Part shown: positions 1 through 23,639 of the stretch, piece after piece
Position numbering within the stretch: the first letter of the stretch is position 1
Layout: each line of letters opens with the position of its first letter
Assembly: GCF_009914755.1 (NCBI RefSeq)
Contig: NC_060938.1
DNA from: the human T2T-CHM13v2.0 reference genome, Homo sapiens
Direction: 5' to 3' (one strand)
Length of the DNA stretch: 64,000 nt
Notes under the pieces: model-generated
Databases searched by the model: none
The model's input: the letters and a program-made list of their open reading frames with translations, nothing else
What the model was told of the DNA's origin: nothing
Made by a program: the position numbers and the translations under genes

Positions 1-170
1 CCCAAAGCAATCCACAGATTCAATGCAATCCTTATCAAAATCCCAACTTTATTTCTGCAGAAAACAGAAAAATCCATCATAAAATTCATATGGAATCTCA
101 AGGAACCCCAAATAGCATAACTACAAAAAAAAAAAAAAAAACCTTGAAAATGATGAATAAATAAAACAAA
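1..170 (+). mobile_element. L1 ORF2 fragment (post-RT region)
   Basis: CCCAAAGCAATCCACAGATTCAATGCAATCC...TCAAAATCCCA is a typical L1 ORF2 motif. Confidence 0.75.
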
Positions 171-175
171 TATTT

Positions 176-345
176 GTCAGGTGCTATGGCACACGCCTGT
201 AGTCCCAGCTACTCAGGGGGCTGAGACAGGAGGATCACTTGAGCCTGGGGGGAGTAGAGGCTAAAGTGAGCTGACATTGCGCCACTACACTCCAGCCTGG
301 GTGACGGAGTAAGACTGTCTTAAAACAAATAAATAAACAAACAGA
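176..345 (+). mobile_element. Alu right monomer (AluJ/FRAM-like)
   Basis: Alu right-arm sequence with A-rich tail. Confidence 0.8.
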
Positions 346-495
346 AGGAAACATTTCATTGCCAAAAAATGCTAACAGAGTGAGCACATGCTGCTGGAAA
401 AAATGACACAGACTTGCTTGACACAGAGTTGCCACAAACCTTCAAATTGTAAAAAACTCAGTATCTGCAAATGCACTAATGTGAAGTATGCCTAC
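346..495 (+). mobile_element. Tigger2-like DNA transposon end fragment
   Basis: GAGCACATGCTG...GACTTGCTTGACACAGAGTTGCCACAAACCTTCAA resembles the Tigger2 terminus. Confidence 0.6.
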
Positions 496-554
496 ACTAT
501 GAGGTGCCTGCGCTGCCTGTGAAGCAATATAATATTATGTGAAAGGTGACTTCA

Positions 555-1440
<886 letters not shown>

Positions 1441-1451
1441 GAAGTAGACTT

Positions 1452-5095
<3,644 letters not shown>

Positions 5096-5374
5096 CATTT
5101 AAAAAGTATATTTTTATTGTGAAGATAAGGTCAAAGACCTAGGCCCAAAGAAAAAGGTTTTGCAACGGACTGTGTAGTTGCTTCAATAAAATAGGTACCA
5201 AAAATTTTGTTTTTATGTGCCCAACTCAACAAATTTTGTTTTTAATTACTTGATCTGAAGTGTACTTCAGGCAAAAATTAATTTTTATAAACTTGTTTCC
5301 ATATACAATTTCAGTTGATAATTTAGGGTAACAAATATTACTACTGATTTTCAGGATAGCTTTTCTTCCTTTGA

Positions 5375-5735
<361 letters not shown>

Positions 5736-6124
5736 TGAATTTATTCAACAATCAGCATGTGAATGCACATAAGAATTATTTCAGGCCAGGTGCGGTGGCT
5801 CACGCCTGTAATCCCACCACCTTGGGAGGCCAAGGTGGGCGGATCACGAGGTCAGGGGTTCTAGACCATCCTGGCCAACATGGTGAAATCACATCTCTAC
5901 TAAAAATACAAAAATTAGCCAGACATAGTGTGTGCCTATAATCCCAGCTACTCGGGAGGCTGAGGCAGGAGAACTGCTTGAGCCCAAGAGGCGGAGGCTG
6001 CAGTCAGCTGAGATTGTACCATTGCACTACAGCTGGGATGACAGAGCAAGACTCTGTATGGGGGCGGGGAGAATTATTTGATATTTGTTGATACTTGACA
6101 GCAGATAATTTTTTAACTGCAAGA

Positions 6125-6138
6125 CCACTAGAGGTCAC
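6125..6138 (+). promoter_or_regulatory. Candidate CTCF site CCACTAGAGGTCAC
   Basis: One mismatch to CCASYAGRKGGCRS, in unique sequence between two Alus. Confidence 0.45.
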
Positions 6139-6176
6139 CAGCGTAAAACTTTCAACTTTGATTCTGCTGGTAGTGA

Positions 6177-6488
<312 letters not shown>

Positions 6489-7389
6489 TAACAGGCGTGA
6501 CCCACCGCACCCGGCCCTATTTTGCGATGTTTCTTAAAAAACAGTATCTTGCTTTGACAAATAACTTCACAAAATTTGTTCTATTGCAAGAGTTTTCTTT
6601 AAAAAAATTTTTTTAACTAAAAGCAAACACTAGATATAGGTGAGTTTTGTTGTATTTAATGATTTTAAGACATTCTTTAGCACTTACTAAAGAAACTGCA
6701 ACACCACTCAGAAGCAAACATCCAAGGAATTAAAAAAAAAACTTAAATATTTTAGCTTTGGAAGCAACATACAGGCGAATTCAGGTTAGAGCAACTAATA
6801 ATAAATCCATAACACCACTACTCAAAAACAGTAGGTTTTCTGTCCAGGCATGGTGCCTCATGCCTGTAATCCCAACACTCTGAGAGGCCCAGGCAGGAGG
6901 ATCACCTGAAGCCAGCCAGGCGTTCAAGACCAGCCTGGACAACAAAGCAAGATCTTGTCTCTACAAAAAAAAGTTTAAAAATTAACCAGGCATGACGGTG
7001 TGCACCTGTAATCCCAGCTACTTGAGAGGCTGAGGTGGGAGGACCACTGGAGCCCAGGAGTTGGAGACCGAGGGAACTATGACTGCACCACTGCACTCCA
7101 GCCTGGGCAACAGAACAAGACCCCATCTCTCAAAATAAATTAAAATAACACAGTAGGTTAAGAAATGTTGGCACCCACACCTGTTAATGGTCAACTAAAA
7201 TTATTCATGTGTATTCAAAGTACTTAAATATTTGGGGCTAGAGGCAAGGTTCAAATGTAAAATAATTTTAAGATTAAAGAGTCAGCAAACCATTGACATT
7301 TTACATAAAGCAAAAAATACAAAATAAAAACCATATCACACAAGAGTTTCAAAACCTAGCTAATTATGAGAATCACAAGGTAGCTTAGA

Positions 7390-7392
<3 letters not shown>

Positions 7393-7432
<40 letters not shown>
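7393..7432. repeat. (CA)n microsatellite, ~20 units
   Basis: Read directly. Confidence 0.95.
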
Positions 7433-7435
<3 letters not shown>

Positions 7436-8059
7436 CATAATTCAGTGTGCTAAAGCAGGGCACAAAAACCTTTGTATGATCATCTAATAACAGAAACAGT
7501 CCAGTCCCCGACCTACCCAGTACCTGCTCAATTTCTGTCTTTTCAAAGAGGATGGATAAACAAAAAACTCGCTTGCAAGAGCTTATAAAATTTTTCATGA
7601 AAATAACGTTTTCCAATTTTATTGATAAAAGAATTCCAGGCTGGGTGCGGTGGCTCACGCCTGAAATCCTAGCACTTTCGGAGGCCAAGGTAGATGGATC
7701 ACTTGCGGTCAGGAGTTCGAGACCAGCCTGGCCAACATGGTGAAACCCCATCTCTACTAAAAATACAAAAATTAGCCCAGGCATGATGGCGTGTGCCTGT
7801 AATCCCAGCTACTTGGGAGGCTGAGGCAGGGGAACTGCTTGAACCCGGGAGGCAGGGAGGTTGCAGTGAGCCAAGATTGTGCCACTGCACTCCAGCCTGG
7901 GTGAGGAGCAAGACTCTGTCTCACAAAAAAAAAAAAAAAAAAAAAAAGAATTCCAAGGGGAAAAAAAAAGACTAAACAGTAATTAGGATGTCCAAAAGCA
8001 AATAAAACTTATCTCTTCTACTTATAATAGATCCTAAAATAAGGTTTAATGAATTATAA

Positions 8060-8451
<392 letters not shown>

Positions 8452-8664
8452 TAACTGGTAACTGTATTCCAATAATTTCACATTCACGTGGTATTTGCAA
8501 GCATTAAGCCACAGATAAGCCCCTTTTCCATAAAAAGAGGAAGTTTACCCCCTTGAGGTAGGAAACTATGAGCTATTTTAATGGTACTTTATTTTTTTAC
8601 TTTTTTTAATTTTAGATACAGTCTCGTTATGTTGCCCAGATGGAGTGCAGTGATGCCGATCATA

Positions 8665-8820
8665 GTACCTGTTGGGTACTGTGCTTATTGCCTGGGTGAT
8701 GAGATCATTGGGACCCCAAGCCTCAGCATCACACAATTTACCCATGTAATAATAAACCTACACATGTACCCTTTAATCTATAATAAAAGTTAAAACTTAA
8801 AAACTAAAAATAAATTAGAA
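8665..8820 (+). mobile_element. Short L1 3' end fragment next to an Alu fragment
   Basis: GTACCTGTTGGGTACTGTGCTTATTGCCTGGGTGATGAGATC...AACCTACACATGTACCC...AATAAAAG. Confidence 0.75.
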
Positions 8821-9079
8821 AAATGCTACCAAAATGCTCCATAAAATTAGAAATTTTTTGTCTTTTGTTCACTGATATATTCTTACTATCCAGAACACTG
8901 TCTGGCATATGTAAAGACTCAATAAATATTTGGCAAATTTTTGTTGCTGAATAAATGAAGTCATAAAGTTCTTGGTTTTCTCAACTGTAAAATATGGAAA
9001 TGACCATATGTGTGCAATCTCTTATAATACCTCAAGCTTGGAAGAACTTACTTCATCTACAAAAAATGAAATTACCTTA

Positions 9080-9462
<383 letters not shown>

Positions 9463-10144
9463 TTATTAATCTACTCTACACTAATTCAGTATATTAATGA
9501 TCAAAATGAAAGAAATATTTAAGAGAGTTAAGAAAGTAAAGATGAATAAGCTGAAAGAATCCTAAATTTAGAAGTCAGGTATTTATACTCATATTTATTA
9601 CTATAGTACTAAATTCAATAAATGTAGTTATTAAACCTAGAATGTAAAATTTCCAAGAGAAAAAACCTAAACACAGTCTCTATAATACATATCTAACTAA
9701 CCTTTAAAAAGTAAATGAAGAAAATAATAATATTCTTTGAAAATTCCCTTTAACAGCTCATGTAGACATTACTTATCAATTAAGTTTCTGCAAAATACAG
9801 TGTCTGAGAGGCAGGTACTAGGTTGCGTCTAGGGAGGGAAGGAGAGTGGGGATGGTGGCAGCAACAACAACAAAAAGGATGTCTGATTTGGCCCACAGAC
9901 ACTGATATTGCAAGATATCTTGGATAGCTCTGTGAAATTCCATGGCATCTTCCCCGCCCCCCCCAACCCCCCCCCCCACACAAAGGCCTATAAAAAGGTT
10001 TAAATGTATTTCTTTTCATGAAAAAGTCTTGATAATTAAAATGTACTATGAAGGAAAAATGAAGCAGGCAAAGAAAGAAAAGGATGAGGAATTCTAAAAA
10101 AAAAAAAAAAAAAAAAACCAGAAAAGAATTAAAACTACGCTGTT

Positions 10145-13855
<3,711 letters not shown>

Positions 13856-15198
13856 TGTTTTTCTCACTTCTTGCAGTGCTTTCTTCCAAATGTCTTGTAT
13901 ATTAAAGCAAGTTTTACATTCCTTCACTGGACTGTGAGCCCTGAACAGAAGCCAAGTCTTCCATTATTCCAAACATTCAATAAATGTTTATTATACTGAA
14001 CAAGACTAACACTGATTTGACATATTAAAAAACAATGTCCAAGATGCTCAGCTAGGTCCTGTGACACGAGCAGCACTTTGGCCTCATAAGCAAATCCTAA
14101 AAGGTATTATCAACCAAACTCTGACCCTTATACTCAAACTAAAATTAATAAACAAAAAGCTGTTCCAGGTATTAACTTTTCTAAGCTTATCTCTTTATGC
14201 CCCTTTCTGCTAGCACCACAACCTATTTTTATTTGTTATTTACCTTTCTTAATTTTACCAAATATATTTACTCAACGAACATATACAATACAAAGTAGAA
14301 ATCTGCTGAGCCCAACTACAACAAAATTAAAGCATATCAATGAATGGAGATGAAACAGCAAAACTTGGTTGGAATGCAAATTTATTCCTTAAAATCTGAA
14401 CATTTAAAAAGAGAAAGAGAATAATTAATAAAGAAAATGAAGTCATGGTACAATTATAAAGCAGGTCCTCTCACTTTTCTCTGACAAAGTTTTGAATGAC
14501 TCATCTACTGTCCTAACAGGCTATTTTCAAGGTTCTCTCCATTCTACCATTATCCTACATTTTCAAGCTTATTTTTCATCATTCCTCTGTACTCTACCAC
14601 AAGTGAAACATGCAACATTCCTCAAAAAAGACCTTGCACTTTACAGCCATCCAACTTTTGTTCACACTATTTATACCACAGGAAGTGAATATTCCAGCTC
14701 TATAATCTCCACTTCCAATAATGAATTATAATTATTTTACAAATTAGGCAACTAAGCCACCCCCTCTGGAAGTAAAGTGTCTTGCTCACGGACACTGTCT
14801 TGGCTAGTAAGATAGAAGAATCAGGACAGTAGATCTCAAGTCTACTGGCTTCCCAGGGTCCAATGCCTTCACTACCCCAGGTAGATTCTTAACCTTCAAA
14901 AATAAAAAGACTCATATGAAAAGGAATTTGAATCATCCACAGAAAGTAGTCTGGTCAAGTTCAAGATAAAGAGAGGGGTCAGTTACCTTATTCTTTGGCC
15001 CACTAAGCAATCACTTAAAGACCCCTGTTCTAGTAACCTGCCCAGCCTGGACCCTGCCACAAACAGATTCTGACTACCTTCTTCACCGTGAACTTCCTCT
15101 ATCTTCACAGCAATGGCACCCATACCTGGAAGAGATGGCTTGCTGTTATATACCTAGGCCTGACTTCAAAAGCCTTCCTCTTCATGGCAGCCCAATGA

Positions 15199-15515
<317 letters not shown>

Positions 15516-15599
15516 TGATCCATCCGCCTCAGCCTCCCAAAGTGCTGGGATTACAGGCGTGAGCCACCGCGCCCGGACAAAACACAGGATTTATAGCCA

Positions 15600-15750
15600 G
15601 ACGGTAGGAGATTCCAATGCATAATTCCAACCCTAACACATACTAACTCATGTGACCCTGGGCAAATTAATTACCTCAGTTTCCATATCTATGAAATGGG
15701 ATGATTAATATGAATTGTCTGTCATCAGTTATTGAAAGACTCATAATGGT
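15600..15750 (+). mobile_element. MIR fragment
   Basis: Core TGTGACCCTGGGCAAATTAATTACCTCAGTTTCCATATCTATGAAATGGG. Confidence 0.65.
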
Positions 15751-15827
15751 GACAATGAAGACTAAATCAAAAAAATGGAAGGCTCAGATACTTTAAGAGC
15801 ATGTGTGTCATTTCAATTCAGAAATGT

Positions 15828-15865
15828 GGAATGGGACAGAACAAGAGGAATGGGACAGAACAAGA
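15828..15865. repeat. Exact 19-bp tandem duplication GGAATGGGACAGAACAAGA
   Basis: Read directly. Confidence 0.9.
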
Positions 15866-15994
15866 GGCTATAAACTCAGGAAAGAGGGACTCCTATACAC
15901 ATTTCCTGAAAAAATCCCTGGGCCTAATGACTCAAGGAGTTAAAGAGAAGTAACAGTAAACCAGAGTGGCAAGAGTGTTCTAGCAGTCTTCTGA

Positions 15995-16213
<219 letters not shown>

Positions 16214-16480
16214 TAGCCAGGATGGTCTCGATCTCCTGATCTCATGATCCGCCCGCCTCAGACTCCCAAAGTGCTGGGATTACAGGCCTGAGCCACCGCG
16301 CCCGGCCAAAGGGCACTATGACTTTTAAGAGATGGCATGTACTTGATATGCAAAAGGGGAGACAGGTTCCTTAACTTATAATGAAGACCACAGAATTTAG
16401 GGTGTATATGAGTGCCAAAAAATGTGACCATGACTTGTCTCCCTAAAGCTGACACAGCACAGATTTCATCTGTTAAAATA

Positions 16481-16824
16481 CAGTTGGCCCTCACTATCTG
16501 TGAGGGAGCGGTTTCAGGACCCTCCTAGGATACCAAAACGCAGAGATGCTCAAGCCCTTTATATAAAATGGTGTAGTATTTGCATATAACCTATGCATAT
16601 CCTCCCATATACTTTAAATTATCTCTTGATTACTTTAAATACCTAATACAATGTAGGTGCATGTAAATAGTTGTTGTATTATACTGTTTAGGGAATAATG
16701 ACAAAGAAAAAAGTCTGTACATGTGCAGTACAGATGCAACAGTCCTTTCTTTTCCTTGAATATTTATGATTCACAGCTGGTTGAACTCAAGGATGTGGAA
16801 CCCACAGATACAGAGGGGCAGCTG
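16481..16824 (+). mobile_element. MER2 (TcMar-Tigger MITE), full length
   Basis: TA-flanked terminal inverted repeats CAGTTGGCCCTC / GAGGGGCAGCTG and a MER2-type body. Confidence 0.8.
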
Positions 16825-17169
16825 TACCAGAAAAGGAAGGAATTAAGACATAGCATTAACATCATCACAGCTTACTCTTGACTAATATGAGAAAGAGAAG
16901 ATACAGTCTAATCCTTAGCTGCTTCAGAAACAGGCCAGCAGTATTTCTAGGTTTTATTTTCAGCTTGGTTTTGACCAGGTATGATCATACCATTTGGTTT
17001 GAAGTTCCTACTATTAAGAGGTCATGTGGAGTAGGGCAAGGTATGAGGTAACCTATTTCTCCTCCATTAGATTTGAAGTTACCTGAATAAAAGAACTTAT
17101 GTTCAACTCTGTATCACACAGAGTTCCTTCAACCTATGAGAAACACAAATTTGTTGAAATAATATGAGT

Positions 17170-17530
17170 ACTAGTATTCATTCTTTCATTCTGGGGTACA
17201 ATCATACATAGGGCAATACAATCCCTACCCTCACAGAGATTACAGCCTACTGTTAAAGATAAAGTAAATAGGACAGGCATCTGTAATGCAGGTTAATAAA
17301 TATTATAATAATGGAAGTTCATCACATAGGAGGAATACCTCATTTACACTTGCAGGCTCAAAAATGTTTTCCCAGAGGAAATGATAGCTAAGCTTTGACC
17401 TGAAGAGAACTCAGATCAAATGGGAGAGGAAGTGTTCTAAGCAGAGGAAACAGTATGTGTGAAGGGCTGGAGAAGATACACTAACTTTACCAGAGTTTAG
17501 GGAAATAAAGAATGGCTGGAACTTTATTTT
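17170..17530 (-). mobile_element. L2 fragment
   Basis: Degenerate L2 motifs (TTCATTCTTTCATTC; CCCTACCCTCACAGAG; AGCAGAGGAAACAGTATGTGTGAAGG). Confidence 0.5.
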
Positions 17531-17659
17531 GAGTGTGTGTTTGGGGGTGAGGGTGAGAGGAAGAGGGTAGAGGAGAGGAGGAGGAAGAGACGGAACATAA
17601 AACCGAAAGGTTAGAAGAAGCCATATTATAAAAGACCTTATCAGAAAATGTCATTAAAG

Positions 17660-20128
<2,469 letters not shown>

Positions 20129-20352
20129 CAATTTTCATATACTTTAGATATCTTCAGGTGGTCTAACATCAATTTCTTTAAAATCGTTTAGAACTCTGGA
20201 GATAGAGACTATCAACTTGAGTTATACACAGACTTTTTAAAAAGGTGAAATGTTCCTGTAGTTTCTAATATTACATAAATTATTTCTCCTTTAAGGTTAT
20301 TTAAATCTATCCAAACATAAACCTAGAAATAAACTGTATGCATAGGGATCTT

Positions 20353-20462
20353 ATATAAACACAAAACCAAATAAACTAAAAACATAAAACCAAATAAACT
20401 AAAAACTAAATATAAAACAATATAAACACAAAACCAAATAAACTAAAAACTAAATATAAAAC
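20353..20462. repeat. A/C-rich compound duplication, 21-bp core x3
   Basis: AAAACCAAATAAACTAAAAAC at 20363, 20386 and 20430. Confidence 0.85.
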
Positions 20463-21214
20463 TTCCAAACAAATTTAAATTTAACAAGTTACACTTTAAA
20501 AAAACAGGTGATGTGGTTTTGCTGAATTTAAATCTCTGCTCACAACATGAAAATGTACCAACTGCACCACAAGATATCTTTTAAGTTTGGAATGACTGGA
20601 CTACTGAGTGCCTCATAATAAGACATGCACTTTTTCTTAGTTTCAATTATGCAACATTAATGCCACATATTACAAAATAATTTGGTCATTTAACTCAAAA
20701 CCATCTTATTAAGAACATCTCTATTCTTTTCCTTAATATTAGTCCCCAACAACCAAAACAGTATTTACTTGGCATCACTAAAAACATAAACACAAATGCA
20801 AATTTTGACCCCAGGGTCAAGTGACAGTTATGAGTCAAATGATCTAGAATATGTTTAAGATAAAATACTAAATGTTTAAGTGCCAGAGCACTTTCAGATC
20901 TCACTTGAAAATACCGTGTTCATTGTATGATCCTGCCAGCAAATAAATAATGAAGTTTCCATTACCTGATAACCCACAGTCATCAGGAAAACGTTTCCAA
21001 AGCTGTGAATCATCTTCCACGAAAGTTAAAAATAAATCAGATTCATCTGTCCAAAATGACATAACTCCAAAAGTTAACTTTACAATTCTTGTTGTTACTG
21101 AAGCATCTGCATATTGTTTAACAAAGTTCCTGGGAGCAGCAAGATGGCTATAAAGGCCACAAAAGAAAAAAAAAACAAAAGAACTCCCTTCTTATAAATT
21201 ATTATAAAGGACAC

Positions 21215-21335
21215 TAGCCTGGGAGTTTAGAGACTTACATTCTAATCCTTCCTTGTCACTAATAGCTTCATAACCCTCTCTCTTGTTCTTAGCTTCCTCA
21301 TTTGTCAAATGAGAGGAATGAATTAGCTGCCTTTT
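21215..21335 (+). mobile_element. MIR fragment
   Basis: CCTGGGAGTTTAGAGACTT...TTCCTCATTTGTCAAATGAG. Confidence 0.55.
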
Positions 21336-22227
21336 GAATATCTGCTAGCTATAAATTTCAATCCTTCTGATTAGGATTTCAGGACTCTATGATGATATTT
21401 CTAGTACTAAAATGGTTAACTCATAATTTACACAAATTAAAACCAAAACAGCTCAGTTTTTCCAAAACACCTTAGGAAGAGTTGCCCATCTTATTATCAG
21501 TAAAAACATACCACTACTTGAGAATACTGTATTTTACAGCTTTCTCATGAGAAAAACTAATTCATTAAAAAAGAAAAGTATGACAATTTTTAAAAATAAA
21601 AGTAAATTTTAATTAGAAAAACTCACACGAGGCTACATGTAGCAGACACTGATGTGCTGCCCCATATCCCCTTTCAGGAATGAAGGATTTATTGTCCAGC
21701 TGCTGAGAATGCTGGAAAACAGCCCTCGGCTGTCAATCCTCTTTAGAAATTACCTCCACTAAATTCAGTTGTCCTCCAAAGTGGCCTCCATCCAATGACT
21801 GATCAAACCTCTAGCCCTTACGCCCAACTTAGGACAATTCTGAGGGCTATCCCAGCTGCAGAGTTCCACATCGGGTTCAAGTGAGCTTTTTGTTGTAGCC
21901 TGTTTATCCCTCAGTTTATTTTCCATTCCTTTCACAGACACTGATTCTGAAATATCTCCCATAACAAACTTCACGCATGCTAACTGCTGCCTCAGCTCCC
22001 CCAGGGAACTCAATTTTAAGCCACTGGTGACAGGAATAATGTAAGAAAACAGGCTCTAAAATAAAGCACTGGAGTTGGGTCACCGACCACCTAGTCACCC
22101 AGCTGACAATGAGAACCCCATCACTGGTGATGACTAGAAAGGAGCCACTAGCACAAAGTGGCACTGCAAATGTTAAAACTTCCACTGGTGGTAAATTGGG
22201 TAGTTTTCCAGTAGAAGGGAATGTAGT

Positions 22228-22405
22228 AGCTGGCAAACCTTTTCGATAAAGGGTCACACAGTAAATATAATTACTTGGGCTTTGCATCATTTCATAGTCT
22301 TTTTTGTTGTTACTGTTTTACGACTCTTTAATAATGGGCCACCACAAAAAAAGGCAGGTCAAGAACTGGGTTTGGCCTGTAAGCCATACTTTGACAACCT
22401 CTGCA
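22228..22405 (+). mobile_element. MER58A-like hAT MITE
   Basis: Termini GCTGGCAAACCTTTT...AAAGGGTCA...AGTAAATAT and TTTGGCCTGTAAGCCATACTTTGACAACCTCTG. Confidence 0.65.
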
Positions 22406-22485
22406 TTAGAAGGTGCAATGTAGGCTAGGTGCACTGGCTCATGCCTGTAATCCTAGCACTTTGGGAGGCCAAGGCGGGTGGATCA

Positions 22486-22725
<240 letters not shown>

Positions 22726-23090
22726 TCAGGTATTTGAGAAATATGAGGAAAAGAACAATTATAAGGACCATGAAATTGGATTGTTGTTGTTGTTAAAAGG
22801 CAACTGACCCTTTGGAAAACTATTAACAAGAGGCGAAAGTAATAGACAATAAAAAAAAAACCTAAATGTGAAAGCCAGAAGGTTCTTTGGTAGCATAAAA
22901 AGACACTCATTTCAAACAGCAGGATGCCACAAAAGGCTAAGGAACAGGATCAGGACCTAATCGTAACAGCAGCAGGGCTCAAAAGAAAGTTAAATTAAAT
23001 TAAGGCCTGCATGGAAAAAGGAAATAACAGGGACGCTGAAAAATGGGAGGGGGACATGAGCAGATTAACTTAAAAATCTTCAATCCCCAG

Positions 23091-23550
23091 TGTATTGTAT
23101 GTAGGCTGCCCCTCCCAGGGACAGCCAATTCTTAGAGACAGCAAGGCCTCAGCAAGGAACCTGCCTTTAATATACAAATGAATTAATCCAGAGCCACACC
23201 TCCTCTGTCTGGCCCCTACACCCCAGTAGGCAATATTCCTCTGCCTTAATCATCCTAGGCCAGGTAGCACACAACTAGGAACCAACTCTATAGATTAGAG
23301 CCCGCCAAAGTTATTCAAACTAGCCAACCCTAAACTGCAAAGCATCTGTTGTTTTTCCCATGGAAACCCTAATAAAGGCTCTGGCTTAAACCTTCCCCTC
23401 CTTCCTGTCTTCAGCCTCCTGACCACCCTGGAGGGCCCTGCATGGCATGTTGTGCCTCCTGTCTATAAAACCTGTGTGTATAACAAACTTTGTTTTCTTG
23501 AACTTCTTCGATGTCTCCTCTTATGGTCTCACCTGACTAGAATACAAACA
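23091..23550 (+). mobile_element. Solo LTR (MER74-like, tentative)
   Basis: TG...CA ends, near-TSD CCCAG/CCCAA, internal AATAAA. Confidence 0.5.
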
Positions 23551-23639
23551 CCCAAGATCCCTTGAACCCTCTAAGCTCAGAGTAGGAACCCGTGCATCCT
23601 TATTAAGGGTTGCTATTACGAGCCTCCTTGACTTCCAAT

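Noticed and set aside
20950-21153. Plus-strand 67-aa ORF
   Set aside because: No recognisable homology. The splice signals here are on the minus strand and are reported as a cryptic exon.
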